Shown here: piece by piece, positions 61,038 to 64,000 of the stretch | How the letters are laid out: each line of letters begins with the position of its first letter | How positions within the stretch are numbered: position 1 is the stretch's first letter | Origin: Asterias rubens | Lineage: Eukaryota | Reading direction: 5' to 3' | NCBI RefSeq assembly: GCF_902459465.1 | Contig: NC_047065.1 | Span: 17,670,001-17,734,000 of the forward strand | Length of the DNA stretch: 64,000 nt | Notes under the pieces: generated by a model | What the model saw: the letters and a program-made list of their open reading frames with translations, nothing else | Databases searched by the model: none | Told to the model about the DNA's origin: nothing | Program-made: the position numbers and the translations under genes

Positions 61038-62651
61038 GTAAGTTATGTTGTATTAGGTTAACTGTAAATTTTGTTTGTATTATTAGATTTTGTTTGTAGT
61101 TTGTAAGATTTGAATTAAGTTTCTTGAACAAAATCAATGTGCTATTCATGACAATTAAATTGAATTAAACTAAAATCTTCTCCATTTTGCAGAGTCGATC
61201 AAAACAAGAAGACCCAGAACAGTTGAGATTAAAACAGAAGGCTAAAGAAATGCAACAAATGGAGCTAGAACAGATCCGGCAGCAGGAGGCCAACATGACA
61301 GCCTTAGCTGCCATTGGACCTAGGAAGAAACGTAAACTGGATTCACCAACACCAGGGTCATCTTCAGGGGTAGGTTCAACAAGGATTCAAGTTGCAATGC
61401 TAAATTTTGCAATCTGAATTCACCTTTTAAACAAAAACTACATGTTTTTTCTTTAAAGGAGCTGGGACAGTTGGGGCTGTTTCAATGCAAAAAAACTTAT
61501 CAAACGTTTTCAAATGCAATGGACAATGTACAAAATACAAGTAAACAGTAAACAGCAGCAGGGATCACTTTAAGGGCATGCAACTTTTAAAGTTCACATC
61601 CCCTTAAGATGATCTCTCTGCTGCCACTTCCAAGGTTGTATCGTAAACTTGGGTGTAATCCCTGGTTTTGTGACAGCAACAGATAGAATAGCGTATGCCT
61701 GGCTCCCCTGAACAATAATACTGACAAAATAAAGAGACTGCCAACAAAGAGCTAGATAGCTCAGTTGGTAGAGCGCTTGAACATAAATCTAGAAGTTTCA
61801 ATATTTAAAATCGGAATCAATGTACAAAGTAATGAAGGTTGTCACTGTTTGTTTGTTTACTCCCATTGTAGGCTGGTTCTTCATTTAGTACTGGAAGTTC
61901 ATCAGGAAATCCTTCAGCAAGATCACAGGTTAGTCTTTTTTTAAACTCACAGACCCCATCTTCATATCTTCATTTTGATTTATCAAATTATCTTTGACCT
62001 TAAATTATCAGTCAAAAGTAATAGATGTATTATTGTGCCCAAAGAAATGATGATACAGAACAAACACTTTACTATACCTCATACATATTCATGATTAAGA
62101 GCTAAAATCTCATTGGTCCATTCATCATCTAATGCCAGATGTTATTTTTGCTGTTGACCAATCACATACTCCAGTATTCACGCACAAGGTCAATAAATAT
62201 GCTTAGTAGACTGTTGCATGCGCTACATTCTCCAGAAGACGATCAGAGCATACTGATCGAAACGTTGAGTTAACCAACGTTTCTTTTCAGAACCACCCCA
62301 ACTCATTTAGAGATAGTCAAACATGGTGTTACCGCAAACCCTTCTATATATATTCTACTTCGCAATTGATGCACTTTTCGAAGCACTGTGGAATTGTTGC
62401 ACTAGTGTAGTATTTTAAATATGCCCAAATATCACCCTAGCTATGTACATATGAAAAGATGGCGGCACATGTAAATGTCAATCTGAATTTTTCTGAGCTC
62501 AATGATGGCAAACTATAATATTGTTATCTTTACCTTGACTTTTCAGATGCGACGTATCAAGAGAGTAAACTTCCGAGATCTCATCTTCCTCATGGAACAG
62601 GAACAAGAAATGAAGAAGTCACAATTCTTCTTCAGGATGTTTCTGAAGTAG
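47159..62651 (+). CDS. TAF4: Transcription initiation factor TFIID subunit 4 (1052 aa)
   Basis: Exons 47159-48490, 49324-49815, 50786-50875, 51642-51941, 53814-53992, 54548-54717, 55340-55470, 56514-56639, 61193-61369, 61872-61928, 62547-62651; total 3159 nt, phases consistent. N-terminal [17 protein letters not shown]; TAFH domain ([16 protein letters not shown]...[23 protein letters not shown]); histone-fold region [25 protein letters not shown]; [24 protein letters not shown]; [12 protein letters not shown]; [17 protein letters not shown]. Confidence 0.97.
50177..50405. repeat. 66-bp direct duplication flanking a 97-bp CTACATT(GTTT)n insert
   Basis: taatttgagttctag...catgtacacc at 50177-50242 and 50340-50405. 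Confidence 0.9.
51968..53760. repeat. 42-bp minisatellite (~42 copies) filling TAF4 intron 4
   Basis: gaaaccttggtttggttaaacccaaggctgtagagttggttt; 14-aa periodicity in spurious minus-strand ORFs. Confidence 0.95.
55562..55690 (-). mobile_element. tRNA-derived SINE fragment
   Basis: Minus strand ...ctagaattgcaagggttgtgggttcgattcccacccaag... (B-box) ending acacatcggtgtatg. Confidence 0.6.
55870..56190 (+). mobile_element. tRNA-derived SINE with V/Meta-like central domain
   Basis: tRNA-like head (ggtttgattcc B-box), then tgtgagttaagttg...gagggttttcc...ccggttttcctccc resembling conserved SINE central domains (from memory). Confidence 0.6.
56366..56490 (+). mobile_element. Degenerate PLE-type hammerhead-like remnant with 32-bp triplication
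   Basis: gtcatttagccttggagaaagactcttctagg x3, then aaagtgtcaggccattaactatt; homologous to 62865-62920. Confidence 0.6.
57000..57136. mobile_element. Small MITE-like inverted repeat
   Basis: tgggtgccttcgattagcttccctgggtcgacccc / ccgggtcgacacagggaagctaattgaatgcaccca. Confidence 0.6.
57400..61036 (+). mobile_element. Near full-length LINE (L2/CR1 group, L2/Crack-like) in TAF4 intron 8, sense orientation
   Basis: APE plus RT ORF, GC-rich 3' stem-loop (agcgcc...ggcgct, ~60943-60970) and (ATT)n tail 60984-61036; 5' boundary approximate, no TSD seen. Confidence 0.92.
57526..60858 (+). CDS. LINE ORF2: apurinic endonuclease plus reverse transcriptase (1110 aa; one late frameshift)
   Basis: EN motifs [32 protein letters not shown]; RT motifs [31 protein letters not shown]. 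The natural C-terminus ([17 protein letters not shown]...FKNSLKTH) is in another frame after the G-run at ~60739-60746. Confidence 0.9.
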   Translation: MSILLLLQLIWIWRILQLYSTILVASNSKVSSVSICVHGTCHYGTIEHQPHVHVLGTTESLKESILIQMSSSMDCSTGLPALHGSYVHVHRYSAEVLHNLRTNVGVRTCPFSEKTCLTLHLYKLQRTVCVIHSSQIKPRRRRTRQGCRAGKARLSRSYSRLSVSNECVKFCVLNTRSVRNKTTEFIDFVIENNFDIVALCESWIKAEDTSVIKNITPTGYSFLHIPRPGSKRGGGVALLYKSGFNVRICDTDLISTAFETLNVNIVSGSKSLSLVIVYRPQLKSTGCSFSVFMEQFSHLMDHQLLKTAPVVITGDFNVHIDSASDNCTQTFMNFLTASGLQQHVNVPTHRHGHTLDLFITRVSDSPVFADLRVIEGISDHNAITCKLLLRKPPTPTKSLTTRNLRGINTDAFCSDIADARFDSLSSCNVNDLAGHYTDVLSKTLDKHAAAKTRILKVRPNTSWYNPEIFEEKKKRRQFEHTWRRTHLEIDRQQYTQQKQKVNTLIRKAKSKYYSDLFIEHAKDQKRIFKLADDLLHRSQVSPLPEATSDLHLANQLCNFFTDKIKTIRDSFVVFDDLAYDEPITALHHLSCFAPTTEEEVLAIIRNAPTTSCKLDPIPTSLLKKSTDAIVPVITKIVNTSLETGIFPDILKVAHIRPLIKKENLDRNVFKNYRPVSNLSFLGKTLERVVLARLVPFLHQHNLCEDYQSAYRAFHSTETALLKVQNDVLHAMDNGQIVLMVLLDLSAAFDTVDHHKLLQRLENRNGIRGVALDWLKSYLAGRTQAVCINNDISDAATLNCGLPQESCVGPGLFPIYTLPLGDIIRRYNLNYHLYADDTQIYIPVKPLQADVNSTLQRIEHCIDDVGTWMNHNFLKLNDAKTEFIILDSKRQIMKVNIEHVRVGDAYIKPSTTVRNLGVMFDQAMTMESQVTATSKSVFMSIRNIGRIRNHLTREAAETIVHAFITSKVDACNSLLYGINNTQLSRLQRLQNIAARMITYTKKTEHITPVLAGLHWLPIQQRVKYKLCLIIFKILQGDAPAYLSDLLQIYTPGHRGLRSTKHKFLQEKTTKDVWGGEKFSKHSTKALELPPGHCKTLQITQHIQEQFKNSFS
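62230..62350 (+). ncRNA. Minimal hammerhead-ribozyme-like motif within a PLE pseudo-LTR-like remnant
   Basis: ctc-CAGAAGA-c-gatcag(agcata)ctgatc-GAA-ACGT-T-gag, followed by ttcagaac...acatggtgttaccgcaaacc. Confidence 0.55.
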
Positions 62652-62864
62652 CACTCTTTCTTCCCAAACCCAGTGATAGTATCCATTATTTTTATTATTA
62701 CATATCAAAATATGTATCTTAAACAGTGTGCACTTGAAATTTGTTTAACTCATATACAAATACCTTGAAGGGATGGTACCATGTTGGTACATGAACAGGG
62801 AAATTTTTTGAGCCCTATTCGTATCTTAACAGACTTCAAGATATATATATATATATTTTTTTTT

Positions 62865-62920
62865 AGCCTTCAAGAAAGACTGTGCTAGGGTCGAAACATC
62901 AGGCCATTAACTATTTTTTG
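62865..62920 (+). mobile_element. Degenerate hammerhead-like PLE remnant downstream of the TAF4 stop
   Basis: gcct-tcaagaaa-gact..gggtc-GAAACATC-aggc; same family as 56366. Confidence 0.55.
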
Positions 62921-64000
62921 CAAGTGAAATTTTTATCACAATCGAGCCTCATTTCTTGAGAAAGATTTGGTTAGCAGTTAGCAACATCTGGTTTCTTTAG
63001 CTTCTTTGCACACTTGATTAAACGCACTTGTAAACAATGCTAATTATATTATTGCCAAATTTAACGCTTTTGTATTCTTTGCTGAATTAAACATACCTGT
63101 TAACAATGTTATAATCAGTAGAGCTAGAAGGTAGCACTTTTACAGATGACCCATACACATTGCTGTAAAAACAACTAGACCCCTAAAGGGAAGTTAAGTT
63201 GGGGGAGTCTGTTTGCTGGCGTCTAATTTTTCATGATTGTCGCACTGGGGTCCCGATTGCAGTTTTCTTGAAGAAGACTTAAGTTTGAAAAGTTGACAAA
63301 AATCAATAATGAATGGAGGGTCAATTTTTATTCAGGAATTATTAACTCAGCAAAGTAATATGAATCAGGTAGAAAAAGTTGAACTGAGTTCCAAATCAGT
63401 GATCTCAATCGGCATAATTCAATTTCTAATTTGTTTTTGTTGATGTGATGTATCTTCAATTGTTTCTCCTACTTGCAGCCTTTGAGGCAATACTATGAGT
63501 TACTTGAGCAACTCTATGGTGATGAAACTTTGACATGTTATTTGATTAATATCACGTTATTTAATAGTTTGTGGTTACAATGAGTTGATACTTCAATGAT
63601 TGACATTGTATCTTTGCATTCAAGAACATTAATCACTTTAGCACAAACACTTCAGAAATAACTAATTTTACACCTCAATATGTTGTAAGTGCGTATTGTC
63701 ACAGAATCTAATGCTGAGTAGGAATCTGGACTGTACTATTTCATTAGACAAAGCCGAGTGAAGTGGAAAGCCAGGGGGACCAAGTGATTATATTCTGTGA
63801 CGTGCACAAACGAAATACATTCAACATTTGACCACCTAGATCCTTGTCATTTGAAACTTTCTTTTGACAATAAACTAAAAATAGACACAGAAATTTGTTT
63901 ACCCCAAACTCTTCTTAACAACTTGGACACCAATCTCATTCGTCATGACACAAGCTTACCTCATTTGGACTAAAATGCAGGAAATGATTATTAAGTTGAA

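Noticed and set aside
61745-61800. tRNA-like tagctcagttggtagagc
   Set aside because: Only the D-arm/A-box; no T-arm or acceptor stem, so a SINE-head remnant; likewise the B-box-only hits at 25065, 29151 and 54865

Overview
AT-rich animal genomic DNA with spliced genes and two assembly gaps (41327-41537, 42884-43542). The repeat landscape suggests a marine invertebrate deuterostome, possibly an echinoderm; that is inference. Three + strand protein genes can be assembled by hand from GT-AG exons. (1) The 3' two-thirds of core-binding factor beta (CBFB; exons 448-570, 10698-10814, 11417-11536, 22845-22925); its first exons lie upstream of the window. (2) An orphan 678-aa type I membrane protein, signal peptide-CUB-CUB-CUB-LDLa-TM-Pro-rich tail (9 coding exons, 27250-38406). 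(3) TFIID subunit TAF4 (11 exons, 47159-62651, 1052 aa). Introns and intergenic DNA hold a near-intact L2-like LINE, a Penelope-like (PLE) GIY-YIG fragment, short PLE-type remnants with minimal hammerhead-like cores, a 2.2-kb element with long TIRs and a 9-bp TSD, TTAA MITEs, SINEs and many minisatellites. Most unusual: a 26-copy array of a functional 3' splice site and a 4-copy array of a 5' splice site in the CUB gene; a shared CACC|CTACATT(GTTT)n module sitting between long direct duplications at two separate loci; and a near-complete dimer-type hammerhead motif in the last TAF4 intron. All coordinates were read by eye; no database searches were run.
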